This document shows positions 13,466-25,566 of a DNA stretch of 64,000 bases, in pieces. The position numbers were made by a program, and so were the translations under genes. Source of the stretch: Lytechinus pictus (taxonomy: Eukaryota); the NCBI RefSeq assembly GCF_037042905.1, contig NC_087252.1, positions 10,046,001 to 10,110,000 of the forward strand, written 5' to 3'. Under the pieces are notes generated by a model that searched no databases, had not been told where the DNA came from, and saw nothing but the letters and a program-made list of their open reading frames with translations. How positions within the stretch are numbered: position 1 is the stretch's first letter; every line of letters starts with the position of its first letter.

Positions 13466-14530
13466 GTATATATACATATTCATAAGATTACAGCCATCCA
13501 TCAATATTTGCACCTTAACTCCTGTCATCCATGGCACATAAAGAAATGTTCCATAGCCCCTATATTCAGGCGAGAAGAATTTGTACTATTGTATCCAATG
13601 AAGAAATCAAAGAAAAGGGACTGAAAAAATACAATGCTTTTACCCAAAGGATATTATCAAAGTTTGCCATACAAAAAGGACGTTTTATAACACAAACTAT
13701 GTATAAAAAAACAACAACAAAGAAACAGATTTATTAATCGGATAATATTGTTTTCATTCTTGCCTATTGAAGTTATGCTTGAATTGTGAAAATCAGACAT
13801 AGTTTAATACGATTATTAAGTGGAAATTAAAGTAATATGATGAAAAAAATGTTTAAGATGAACTACTAGTTTCATACATCTTTGATGCGTCACTATCTCG
13901 ATACAAATGAATAAAAGCTTATCTTACAACAAATTGAATGACCCTTCAAGTTGTAAGACAGTTGAAAAGTGATGGTAACTATACTCTGTAATAAACTCAA
14001 GGTAACGATGTTTTTGTATCCGTAGTAGACTCAAATATATTCAGTCGACGATGGCATGAAGAGCAACATGACCAATAATTGTCATAGAATCAAGAATGAC
14101 TAAATATCATAATTCCTTTAACAGGCTAAATTATCAGTTTAGTATATCAAATAAATAATATCTTTTCAGGAAAAATAAAATGTAAACTTTCGGAGCTTTC
14201 TCCAACTATCACAATAAACATAGAGAAAGAAAAATGATTCAACTTGAATTTGCCAGTTATTCATTGCAATCGTAAGCAATGAAATTCCTGAAAATGTATG
14301 GGCGCTGTGGCCCCTCCATGGTTTTGTTGAAACTATAAGAGAAACTTTTTTCAGAAGTATGCATGAAAAAGAGATTACTCATTTGTGTAAACACTTGAGA
14401 CACATGACTTATTCAAGATGGGCAGATATTGAATCATAATCTGTCACAGTCAGCTTGTTTAGCCTCTTATTGCAAGATGCCTCCGCGTGTTGCCATCTGC
14501 ACACTGCTTGGAACCGGGACCCTTTGTCTC

Positions 14531-16081
14531 GGCTTGTTACGATCGTTTGCGTTCGCGGAGCGGGGATGGAGCAGGGGTGACCGCACCCTTTCGAGACAGC
14601 CAAGGCAGCTTTTCAGGAAATGTTGTTCTGAGTAGTCTCTTGCACCAGTTGTTCGTGTCTGTGTTAGTTTGTATGAGGGTATGGAGGCATAATTGAGGTG
14701 AGGGTGTGGGGTATGTGTAAGAAAGTTTGGGTTCGTATGTGTGTAACTGTAAATGAGGAAGGAAAAAAGGGGGAAACACATTTTTTGCGCATTTTCATTT
14801 TAAGCTTTTTTATTTTCAACAGTCTCGGCGGGGCGTGCGCGGCGCGGACACGCCGTGTCGGTACCGAAGACGTTAAGCCCTACTTGCACGATGCAATTCA
14901 TTGAGATCCGAATTTTAAAGAAATTTAAATATCATAACTTAAAAAAATCTTAGCGATCAGAGTTCAAAATAGTGGTAAGACTATCTGAAATCGAAATTCT
15001 GTCAAGTTCGAGCTTCCTTGTAGGAATGAAAGCAAAATCAAATCGAAATCGTAATGACGACATCATCGGCTGCGACTTGGAGCCGATTCGGGACATTTTT
15101 TCCGACCACAGTGCTTGAAGCAAAGTAAAATTGTGATATTTTTCATTCCTAACATTAGGTCGAATTAACTTGATATAATACATTTTTACCTTTAGGAACT
15201 TTCATGTTTATTGCAAAATGCGATTAAAAAGAGAATATTGTCGCATCGGATCCCATAGAGCGCGATTGGGCTTCAAATACCCATGAAGACGTATTTAGCT
15301 CTGTGATACCGATAACCGACCGGGTTGACGCACATGCGAACTATTATACCAAATTTACCACTACTAGCAGCTTGCAATGGAAAGCCATCGTGCTTCTATA
15401 GTATGCAAAAATAGTTTTAGAAAATACGCTATTTCTCACAATTCAGTTTTCCTATATGGCTTTGTGGAAAAAATTTTTATGCAACTTTAATCGAAATCAA
15501 GAAAAACTGCAAACCTTCTGTTTTTTTTATTGTAATCAGCGGCGTAATAAGCTTTAATTTGCTTAAAGAAGCCAGATATGGCGTATCTGGCAAAATTTAC
15601 TAGAAGTTGTAAACGAGCGAAGCGAGCGAGCAAAAACTTCGACATTTAATAACAGAAATCCAATTCTGTATCAGATTGTGTCATAATATAATATTTCACC
15701 GTTTTCTTTTACCTTTTCTCTGCCTCTTTTTTGTTCTTGATTTTGTTTTGGGGGTGGGGGCAAGTGAGCCACCCCCTCCCATCTTGTAAGAAACTGCTAA
15801 TATTCAAATTGATATTATATTGCTATTATTAAGTGATGAATAAAATTCATAGAAACGACTGGTTCACACAACTACTAAACACAGCCTTTCCGGCGCAAAT
15901 ATTCACTAATGAATGATACGCGCCGTATAAGCTAAAACAACAACAACATCGTGAAAAGCTACTCCGGTTGTGCCTAAAAGGTGCTTTATTTGACTCCCCT
16001 CCATCAGCCCACCCTTTCGAGAAAAGCTCCCCGGATTTCTCGAAAGAGATTTCCCGCAAACGCAGACGATCGTAACAAGCC
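14531..16081. mobile_element. Old long-TIR DNA element (GGCTTGTTACGATCGT... termini)
   Basis: The left end at 14531 and the inverted right end at 16081 are similar over more than 100 bp. A paralogous copy lies at ~30790-33026 and a left-end-only copy at 10434. Confidence 0.65.
14876..15274 (+). mobile_element. PIF/Harbinger-like MITE
   Basis: AAGCCC...GGGCTT ends. There is an inverted homolog at 16178-16575 and a truncated copy at 10786-10910. Confidence 0.6.
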
Positions 16082-16177
16082 CTTTTCCCAACGTTTCACA
16101 AAATTAAGGAGTAAACGAGTATATGTTCTCATTTTGGCAAAGAATAGGTTTGCTTTCATAGCGCAATTTTAAGTCGT

Positions 16178-16575
16178 AAGCCCAGCTCAAACTATGCGAT
16201 CTGATACCATGATATTTTTTTTTAATAAGTCGCATTTTGCATCGAATATGAAAGTTCCAAAAAGACTTTTTTATTTAAAGTTCGGCATAATGTATGAATA
16301 AGAAAATCATACTATAATTTTTATTTGTGGCAATCCTATAGTTGGAGTAAAGTCCAAATCGGCTTCAAGTCGCATCCGATGATGACGTCATTACTAATTG
16401 GAACTGAACTTGCTTTAATTCGTTCAGGGAGGCTAGAGGTAGACTTAATTTCGATTGCAGTAGTCCTACCACCATTCTGAACTGAGGTTTCATTGATAGG
16501 AATGTTCAAATCAAATGTTATTGCATTTTCTTTAAATTCGGATCGCAACGAATCGTACAGTGTGCGCCGGGTGTT
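16178..16575 (-). mobile_element. PIF/Harbinger-like MITE (same family as 14876-15274)
   Basis: Reverse-complement similarity along its length, e.g. AATCGGCTTCAAGTCGCATCCGATGATGACGTCATTAC. Confidence 0.6.
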
Positions 16576-18114
16576 AAGGTAAAGCGAAATATTTTTCTCA
16601 TTAATAGTTAACAATGAAATGTTTTATTTTTTCGTACCTCTTAATTATCGATCAATATATACTGCTAAGTCAGAGCATTGGTAGTCGGATTTATGGTAAG
16701 AGATGTGCACATATTAAAGCGGAAAATAAGAGGTCACTTATCAACAACAAAACGAAACTCCAGAAGAAAAAAATAGCAAATCATGATTAAATAGTCGAAA
16801 TTTTTTCAATGAAAACCCATTAACTAAATGGTAGATTTAAGACTAGGCCTATAAAAAATGGAGGAAAATCAGATCATAATCATCAGGAATGATAATGCCT
16901 AAATCATATCACAGGGCACCAAAACGTCGAGGACATAAAAAAATATATATCATGGGGTAAAGCCTATAATGTTTTAATGGCCTGAAAAGAAAACATTTAA
17001 AAAACATTTTCCCCAAAATTTTATTACAACATCTTATTAAATATCACTTTTTGGTAAAAACATGATATAATAAAATTCTTAAGAAAAAAAAAATCATATT
17101 TCTCTAAAATGTTAATAATGTTAGCTAAATAATGTAAAACGTAACATGTTTATAGCTCTCTTGAATGTTATTACAATAACATCTAACGCTAGAAAGAATT
17201 CATTATTTTTTTTTTTCAAAATACTTTAACAAAACCTTTTGGATTTTTTCGTATTTCCAAAAGTGTTAGAAACATCCTATTTTATGCTTTGGTATTATCT
17301 GAACATTTTTAGAGAAACAAAACAACAATTTACTTACATATTCATAATGTTGTACATTGGATACGATCAAAGCATTAAAAACGTTCTTATAATATTATTA
17401 TGACAACAACGTTGTTGAAAAGTTATGAAACAATGGTCTTATACTATTTTAGCCAAACATTTTTGTAAAAAAAGTTTTTTCTAATGTTTTCGAAAAATAC
17501 AATTAAGAAACATCTCTTGTTCGACTCTTTCTGATGTTATTTTAACATTTCCTATAAAATCAACATTTCACTATCATCTTTATAATTTTATTCTAACAGC
17601 GTTTCTAAAATGATATTATTTCATCCAGTGTATGATATAGCCCTATAAGCATGTAAGTAAAATGCTCTTTATCTGATAAAGTGTAACAATTATTCCATAA
17701 AGATTTTTGAAAATATGTTTATAATACATTCCATTATTTTTTTTTATATAAGGAACACAGTTTTCAACAATGTTTCGTTAAAACATTTTATGAACACAGC
17801 TTCATAACGTGTCAAGAACGTTTTAAATTATTCTGTAACGCTATCATTACATCCAATGTATAATATTCTTTTTAACTAAACTTTAAAACGTTAAAAATGA
17901 TAATTATACAAAAATAAATTAATAACAATCAAAGAACCCATCCATATATATATATATATATATATTACTTTTCATTTTTGAGAGCTATGCTCCTTTTAAA
18001 ATCTACGATTTTATTTCTACGGCATTTACTTAACCTTTTGTGATTATTTTATTTTTTATGCCGAAGCAGACTATTTATATATATATATATATATATATCA
18101 CACACATACACACC

Positions 18115-18187
<73 letters not shown>

Positions 18188-18643
18188 CTCACCGCCAGTT
18201 TCGTTTAACAATAACATCGCCGTAAGTGTGACGTGTAGTTTCAGACTTTGCCTTAAACGCGTCACTAGCCCATCGCCCGTGTATATCTGCAGCGCACATT
18301 AGGCCTCCGGCGACCGGTCTACCAATTACTCGTAACATCGAGCAGTTTTTTACATTTATTTCTTTTTTGTTAGATCTACTTATCATTCAGGTATTGGTTT
18401 TCATTGGCACGTCTAGTTTTCAAAAAAGAGTCTACCTGTGTGCTAGCTCATAGAAATCTCAACAGAGGATCAGAGCTTTATAATATATGAACATAATTTT
18501 ATTGGATTTTTTTCTAATTTATTTTTGGTTTCATTCATTTTAACGCACCGTTTACCGTGCCTTTTCTTTTGCCATTTCACGCGCTGTATCAAGCGCCGAT
18601 TAACGAGCCATTTACTTGTAAAGCGTCGCGCTTTTTTGGTGCC

Positions 18644-19068
18644 AGGTAAAAATGGCAGAGGTAATAATGGCAGAGGTAATAATGTCAGAGGTAAAAATGG
18701 CAGAGGTAAAAATGGCAGAGGTAATAATGGCAGAGGTAAAAATGGCAGAGGTAAAAGTGGCAGAGGTAAAATGGCAGAGGTAAAAATGGCAGAGGTAAAA
18801 ATGGCAGATGTAAAAATGGCAGAGGTAAAATTGGCAGAGGTAAAAATGGCAGAGGTAATAATGGCAGAGGTAAAAATGGCAGAGGTAAAAGTGGCAGAGG
18901 TAAAAATGGCAGAGGTAAAAATGGCAGAGGTAAAAATGGCAGAGGTAAAAATGGCAGAGGTAAAATTGGCAGAGGTAAAAATGGCAGAGATAAAAATGGC
19001 AGAGGTAAAATTGGCAGGGGTAAAAATGGCAGAGGTAAAAATGGCAGAAGCAAAAATAACAGAGGTGT
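18644..19068 (+). repeat. 15-bp minisatellite (GGCAGAGGTAAAAAT)n, ~28 copies
   Basis: Read directly. It produces the MAEVK/GKNGR/LPLPF pseudo-ORFs. Confidence 0.97.
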
Positions 19069-19689
19069 AGATCATGGCATGCTACAGAGCCCTTTCAGTT
19101 AATATCGGTATAATCATTGGCCTTGAAGGGACTCCTATCGACGCAATGAGGATTATGAACTGAAAAGATATTATTTAGATTTTTTATTCATTTTAGGTCA
19201 GCTCTATTATTTATCGTTGATATGATTAAACTCAAACGTTTTCATGCCAAAATGATTTCAATTAGTGAGTGATGAAATGATTTATCTTGGCCATTTTGTA
19301 GATTAGAATATCAGTTAATCACATACATACCAAACGAATTTTAATGTAAACACCAAATGTGCGCTACCATTAACACACTGAAATAGACAAGTTCGGGATT
19401 TCCTCGAACCACTTGCATTACTTTGATAACAACAAAATAACAAAACGTTCTGTAATAAAAGTAATTTTCATATTTCAACATCATAATGGATCCTAATAGA
19501 CATTGATATGATACGTATATAGTTCAATGTAAATGATATAATAATAGCAATTAGCGTTCAGTTATTCAGAGAAATACCTCATTGCAGCTATATAGTCCAA
19601 GTGGATGTCAGGTTCCTAAACTAGTTACGTTCTATGGTTACGGTTACCGCATGAATTTTGAAATGTGTAGTGAATCAAGGATTTTATTT

Positions 19690-20392
19690 CAAATTTATTT
19701 ACTGTAAAAATAGCAGAAAAAAATATTGGTGAAGGTTTACGGAAAACCCATCAAATAAAAAAAAAAATTATTAGAAGTTTGAAGTTTTGATCTGTGACGT
19801 AATAATACGAGCAGCTGCCACGTATTACTTTTCAAATTTTTAATCAGTGGTTCCTGATTGCTAAAAAAGTCTTTCAGGAGCGGATGTGAAATGATTTGTA
19901 TGTTGATATACAACAATAATTATTTAGAGGCGTCCACACGATACAAGCACTGTTTTTAGTGGATCCCTCCATTTTCTCAGAATTTTATTTTATAATGATG
20001 TTTTGCTAATATATAATACTTTGTTTTGTTTTTCTTATGGAAAAATATCATATATTGTACATGCCTCACTTTATATTGTCTGTATAAGTTCATTGTAATT
20101 ATTTCGACCACTTTACTTAGTTCTGTTGAAAATGAAATAAATTTAAATTGAAATTGAAAAAAAATAAAATACAATAAAAACCATTTTCATTTTTTTAATG
20201 ACTATTCATTGATATATTGTATTACACCAGATTTGGAAAATACGGCTAGAAAATAACGTCACCATTAAAATATAAAATTCTAATAGCTTTTTAAATCTTT
20301 GATGGATTCCCTTAAGCCCTAACCAATATCATTTTAATTATTTCCTGCTATTTTTACAATAAACTTTATGTCAGGGTGAATTTCCCCTTTAA
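19690..20392. mobile_element. Kolobok-like MITE remnant
   Basis: Ends in TCAGGGTGAATTTCCCCTTTAA. Related copies lie at ~3765-4080, ~51533-52040 and ~54200-54655. Confidence 0.55.
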
Positions 20393-20664
20393 TGAACTAA
20401 GTACAATACTTGAGATCCAAAGTGTGCTTCAAATTTGAATATTAGAAGAGCGATTTGACATGAGAAGGCTGTGCATGTATTAAAGTCCATGCAGGAATAT
20501 ATTAAGAAAAACCAACTTAGGTGTTATCAAATTTGTTCAGAAAATCTACGTATGATTAAAAAAATGTTACCCATTCTATTCTCTCTATTCTCAGAACCTT
20601 TCTTATTTAATCTACTCTACATGGAGGGGGTATTAGGTTTTTTGGCATAGGGGTTTAAGACTGG

Positions 20665-20914
20665 CCATTTATACCTCTGTCATGTTTTACCTCTGCCGTT
20701 ATTACCTCTGCCATTTTTACCTTTGCCATTTTTACCTCTGCCATTTTTACCTCTGCCATTTTTACCTCTGCCATTTTTACCTTTGCCATTTTTACCTCTG
20801 CCATTTTTACCTCTGCCATTTTTACCTCTGCCATTTTTACCTTTGCCATTTTTACCTCTGCCATTATTACCTCTGCCATTTTTACCTCTGCCATTTTTAC
20901 CTCTGCCATTTTTA
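20665..20914 (-). repeat. Same 15-bp minisatellite in inverted orientation, ~16 copies
   Basis: (ATTTTTACCTCTGCC)n read directly. Confidence 0.97.
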
Positions 20915-23009
20915 CACCGAGCCGCTTTTTTACACTTAGCCATTTTATTTTTACATAATCCAGCCTGCGAAATATATCATCTGGTTGAATATATAAAATG
21001 TATTATTGATAACCATGTTATTGCGCATGATCCAAAATATGTATGCAGTATAGATTGAATTAAATAGTAGAAAAAAGTAAGTGTGACGATGGTAAACCGT
21101 TGGAATCTGGTTTGTTTCGGGGTTGTTCGAAAAACAATTACATTATGTCAACGTTTCATTTTTTTTCAACATAACAGTATACAAAATCCATAGAAAATTT
21201 AAGTATAACATCAATTGAAAGTTAATAAATTAACATGTAAGACATATCTATCTAAATTATACATTTGAAATGCGGATGGATCATGAAATAATTGTAGCTG
21301 AAAATTACATTTTGGAAATGAATAGCTCCACTGTGAAGCTATGTTTGTTAATCATGGACTCCTCAAATTAAATTATTCAATAATACTTAATTACATAATT
21401 ACATGATAAGTTAACGTTGATGATGAATTTCACATTGTAAACAATGAATGTTTTGAAAACGATTAAAAAAAAAAATCCGTTGAAACATTAGTAATCATCA
21501 TTGCAACATTTTCTTAATATTATCAAAATTATATTTTCAAAACATTGTACATACGCGGCATTATAATGTTGTCAAAGAAATGTTGAAATGGTGTTAAAAT
21601 GTATGGTCTTTCAAAACGATTTGAAAACATTTTATGAACAATTCCTTCAAATATTAGTAATAGGGTCTATACAAACACAACATTTTAATAACATAGCTGG
21701 CAAATGTTGTAAATATGTTATAGATATGTTTCTTCAACATTATTGACAACATGAAAATAGCATATGGAAAAGTTTACAGTAACTTTTCAATTTTTGACCA
21801 ATTGCGGACGCTCTGCAGATTATACGCGTGCCAGCGAAACGCAACACATGGCAATACATTCTTCGTAAGCTCTATGGCGCCATATCGCGCTATAAACGAT
21901 TTGGACGAATCCACTATAGACATGATCGAAATAGGTGAAATCTAACGTTTGACAGGTTTGCACAAATCTTCCGGCATGTAATTTGACTCTAAATATGTGT
22001 GATTCTTTTATCTTTTGTTGATGAAAACAAAACCCAAGTAGTTGTATACACTGTGTACTGTACACGTGAGTATATGTTGGTGTAACGTGAGCGGTCTAGA
22101 TAGTATGTTCCTGTTAAAGAATGGCGCGGTCCGATCACATTGGCGCGTCAGTGACAATAACTATGATAATCGTTTGTTCTTCATAACGTCCGACGCCAAT
22201 ATTTTACCAATCACAGTGATTATAAAATGTAAGGTTGGGAAGGTTCCTCCCAGTCGAATTCCTAAAACGCCAGCCATGGAATTACATCAATGTACAAGAT
22301 AGGAGAGTTTGAAACCACCGTACCACCGTCTGTGAGTTAGTGAACCGTGCAATTTGCGTGTTAAAGCATCGGAGGTTGTTGCGGAAAAAAGGTCGATCTT
22401 GAGAATAAAAGCCCGACGAATTGAAACAGGCATACATTGTCATATTTGGCCGTTTTATGATATTTTAATGTGTTAGAAAAGGCAAGACCACTGTCTTATA
22501 TATAAAAATTAGTGCGAATATATGGCGGCGAGATGAATTGTAAGTCTGATCATAAAACTAACAGAACATGATGGACTTTCCACGTAAGTTTGTTGCAAAT
22601 CTTAATACTAAGGAATTTGTAAAAAGTTTCCTATTTTTTTATTGATAGCAAAACCTACATTCCGATTTTTATTGTTTTATTAAATGATATAATTACTCTG
22701 TGTTTTCAAGATTTATCAAGACTTTGTTGACAAGAAATAAGAAATGTACTTTAGTGACTCTTCATATGCACTTTTTTGGCATTTAAAGCCATACATTTGC
22801 CTTTCCCATACACCATTTTCCAATCCAAAAATCTGCTTATATTTAGTGTAAGATTGTCTTTTTCACCTTCTTTCTTTTATATAAAATGCATATTTTTATA
22901 TTTCTACGTTTGGAGGATCATTACTTTGGAAGTACAAGGTTGTTGTTTTTTCATATATACTCTTTGGGCCGGGGATGTTCCGAGCCTTGTTCATAATTAT
23001 TCATGATTT

Positions 23010-24310
23010 CAAGCAGGCACTTGTCACTCTTCTTTTGAAAAATCCATCGTTAGACTCGGAGGAATTACAAAAACTATAGACCTGTCTCTAATTTAAAGTT
23101 TGTGTTAAAGAAATTGGTTTTGGCTGGGCGTCTAACTGACCATTTTTTGGACAATGAATACTTTGAAAATTTCCAATCTGAATACAGGAAATGTCATGGG
23201 GTAGAAACTGCTTTTGTTCGTGTATCAAATGATACTCTTCGTGCTGTTGATGACAGAGAAGGCTGTTTTCCGCCTTCTGCTTGTCAATCTTTCGTCAGCA
23301 TTTGATACTGTTGACCATGACTTGCTTTTGGATCATTTGGAATGTTGTGGCATAAATCTTATCTTCATGAAAGATCACTGGTTGTCAAGATCGGTGAAAA
23401 GATGTTATCTCCTGTTAATCTTCCTTTCGGAGTGCCGTAAGGTTCAGTCCTCGGGTCGTTGTTTTTTGCCATCTATTCTAGTCCTTTGGTAAAAATTGAA
23501 CATAAACATGGCGTAAACATTCTTATATATGCGAACGATACACAACTGTATGTTTCGTTTGATCCAACTGATCTTGCTAGTGAGTTGTCGAGTTGTCTAC
23601 TAGGCGTCATTTACAAAATACAAAATATGATATGCGGTCATGGATGCTAAATAATAGGTTGAAATTAAGTGAAAGTAAAACAGAGTTATTGATTATTAGT
23701 TCTAAATCACAAAGTCATTTAATTAAAGACCGCACTATGCAGGATGGGGACTCCTAGATTAAAGCTTTGTCATCCAATATAGGTGTTATTTTGACGAAAA
23801 TATGTCAGTGTATGCACATTTAAAGAAAAAATGTCAATCAGTATACAATAATATTCATTATGTTAACATTATTGTACTCTCCCGATTAGATGATGGAAAC
23901 GCTTCTTTTTTATAACGTCACGCAATGTCAATAAACTTCAGTATGCTCAGAATACAGCTGCCAGGATTTTAACTGGTACGTCAAAATATCAACACATTTC
24001 ACCGATTCTCCAAAAGTTAAATTGGTTGCCTATCCGGAAGCGAATAAAATTGTAAATACCTCTTCTCACTTGGAGAGTGATAAATGGTATGGCACCAAAA
24101 TAACTACAAGACCGTGTCATGCCTTATACACCAGCTCGTAGCCTAAGATCATCACACCAGCAAGACTCCTAAAACACAGCATATGGTGTGGAAGCTTTCT
24201 CTGCCTCAGCACCTACGTTCTGAAATGATCTGCCGTTGAATTTAAGAATTATATCATCACTGGAGACCTTCAAATCTAAACTGAAATCTTATCTTTTTAA
24301 CAGTATTAGT
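23010..24310 (+). pseudogene. Decayed L2-clade LINE reverse transcriptase
   Basis: LLKNPSLDSEELQNYRPVSNL, FQSEYRKCHGVETA, SAFDTVDHDLLL, VP*GSVLG, YANDTQLY and the C-terminal FKSKLKSYLF. Frameshifted. Confidence 0.85.
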
Positions 24311-24649
24311 GATTGGCACTTTCACACTCATCCGAACTCTCTCAATCTTTTAAGTTTTTTATTGTTGACGTCATAAACTAGCAGCTGTCCAATAAAGATG
24401 CATGAATTTCATTTTTTTAATGGTTCCTGATGACTTATTTTTGTTATCTATTCATGATCGGTTGTGAAATGATTTGTCTATTGATGTACAAAAGGTACAA
24501 TAAAACCGTTTCTGAGAAAATGAACATTCATTGATTTGTTACCATTCACTATGTATAAATGCTGCTCGCATATGACGTCACAAATCAAATTCATAAAACT
24601 AAAGTTGGCAAATTCATTATGCCAAGTCAACGAGTTTACAGTTGGCAAA

Positions 24650-25566
24650 AAATACAAAAACAAATTAGTTAGTAGGCTTACATATATTATATATTATATT
24701 ACTTTTTTTCCAAACTTTTTCCATATTTTGCTTAGGGCCTATGTGTTCATCTCTCCTGGTGCTTGCATATTGTATAATTAATGAGAAAAAAGTCCTGTTC
24801 AACGGGATTAAATGACACTAAAACATCCCGTTTTCAAGTCATTATACCCCAAATATATTTCCTCGCACTACGAGCTTTTATTATTTCATGTAGCAACATT
24901 TGCTTGTTTTCAAGAGTAAAGTGATTGCCACTTTTTAGGTCTGAATATAAAACATTTTCAGTCCATGCTAACGTTTGCATTAGTAGATTGGTGGTGAGAT
25001 ATATCGGCTCATGGATTCCTAAAACAGACCCCAAAATGCCCCTTTCTTCTGGTCTGAATATAAAAAAGATTCAGCAAGCACGTCGCGCTCGCATTATATG
25101 GTGGGTGAAATACATAATTATGGTCTCACTGAATTCCGAAAAAAGGCTTTAGAATGCCCCTTTTCAAGTCTGAATATAACAAATTTTCAGCTCACGCTTC
25201 GCGCTCGCAATATTTGATTGGAAAGATACGTACTATGATAACAATGACTTCATGTTTTTAGGTGTAATTCTAAAAAAAAACAAGCTCACGTTTCGCGCTG
25301 GCATTAAATGACTATGGTGAGAAGAAAAGAAAAAATCCGTAAAATGTCCCTGTTTGAGGTCAAATAATACCATAATTTCATAGTTTCAGCAAGCGCTTCG
25401 TGCTCGTGTTATTTGATCAGCGAGATACATATCCTTTCAATGGCAGTCTTTTATTTTTTTGTTATTGGGTCAGTATACCTGGCTATTGAGCGCGCTTCGC
25501 GCACCAACTAAGTGACTAAAATTTGTTGCTGGTGCCCCCCATGCCGTGACCAACGTTACGCTACTG
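24650..25566 (+). mobile_element. hAT MITE family A, left-truncated copy
   Basis: The interior matches 27564-30249 and 62445-63644, and it ends TTACGCTACTG. Confidence 0.75.

Larger units (their letters stand above)
10911..13780 (+). pseudogene. Second (duplicated) copy of the PLE RT 3' half, split by a ~2.1-kb insertion
   Basis: KYLDDCF at ~11178 and HQYLHLNSCHPWHIKK at ~13499. It is collinear with the first copy. Confidence 0.75.
8044..14985 (+). repeat. Local tandem duplication, units ~8044-10910 and ~10911-14985
   Basis: 8044-8230 aligns with 10911-11095, 9187-9410 with 11107-11320, and 9415-10910 with 13465-14982. Confidence 0.9.

Noticed and set aside
18189..18386. Minus-strand exon candidate ending at GTGAGT
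   Set aside because: No recognisable peptide and no partner exons found.
18470..21058. ORFs with MAEVK/TSAIF/LPLPF/YLCHF pentapeptide repeats
   Set aside because: They are translations of a stop-free 15-bp satellite open in several frames, with no splice or coding context.
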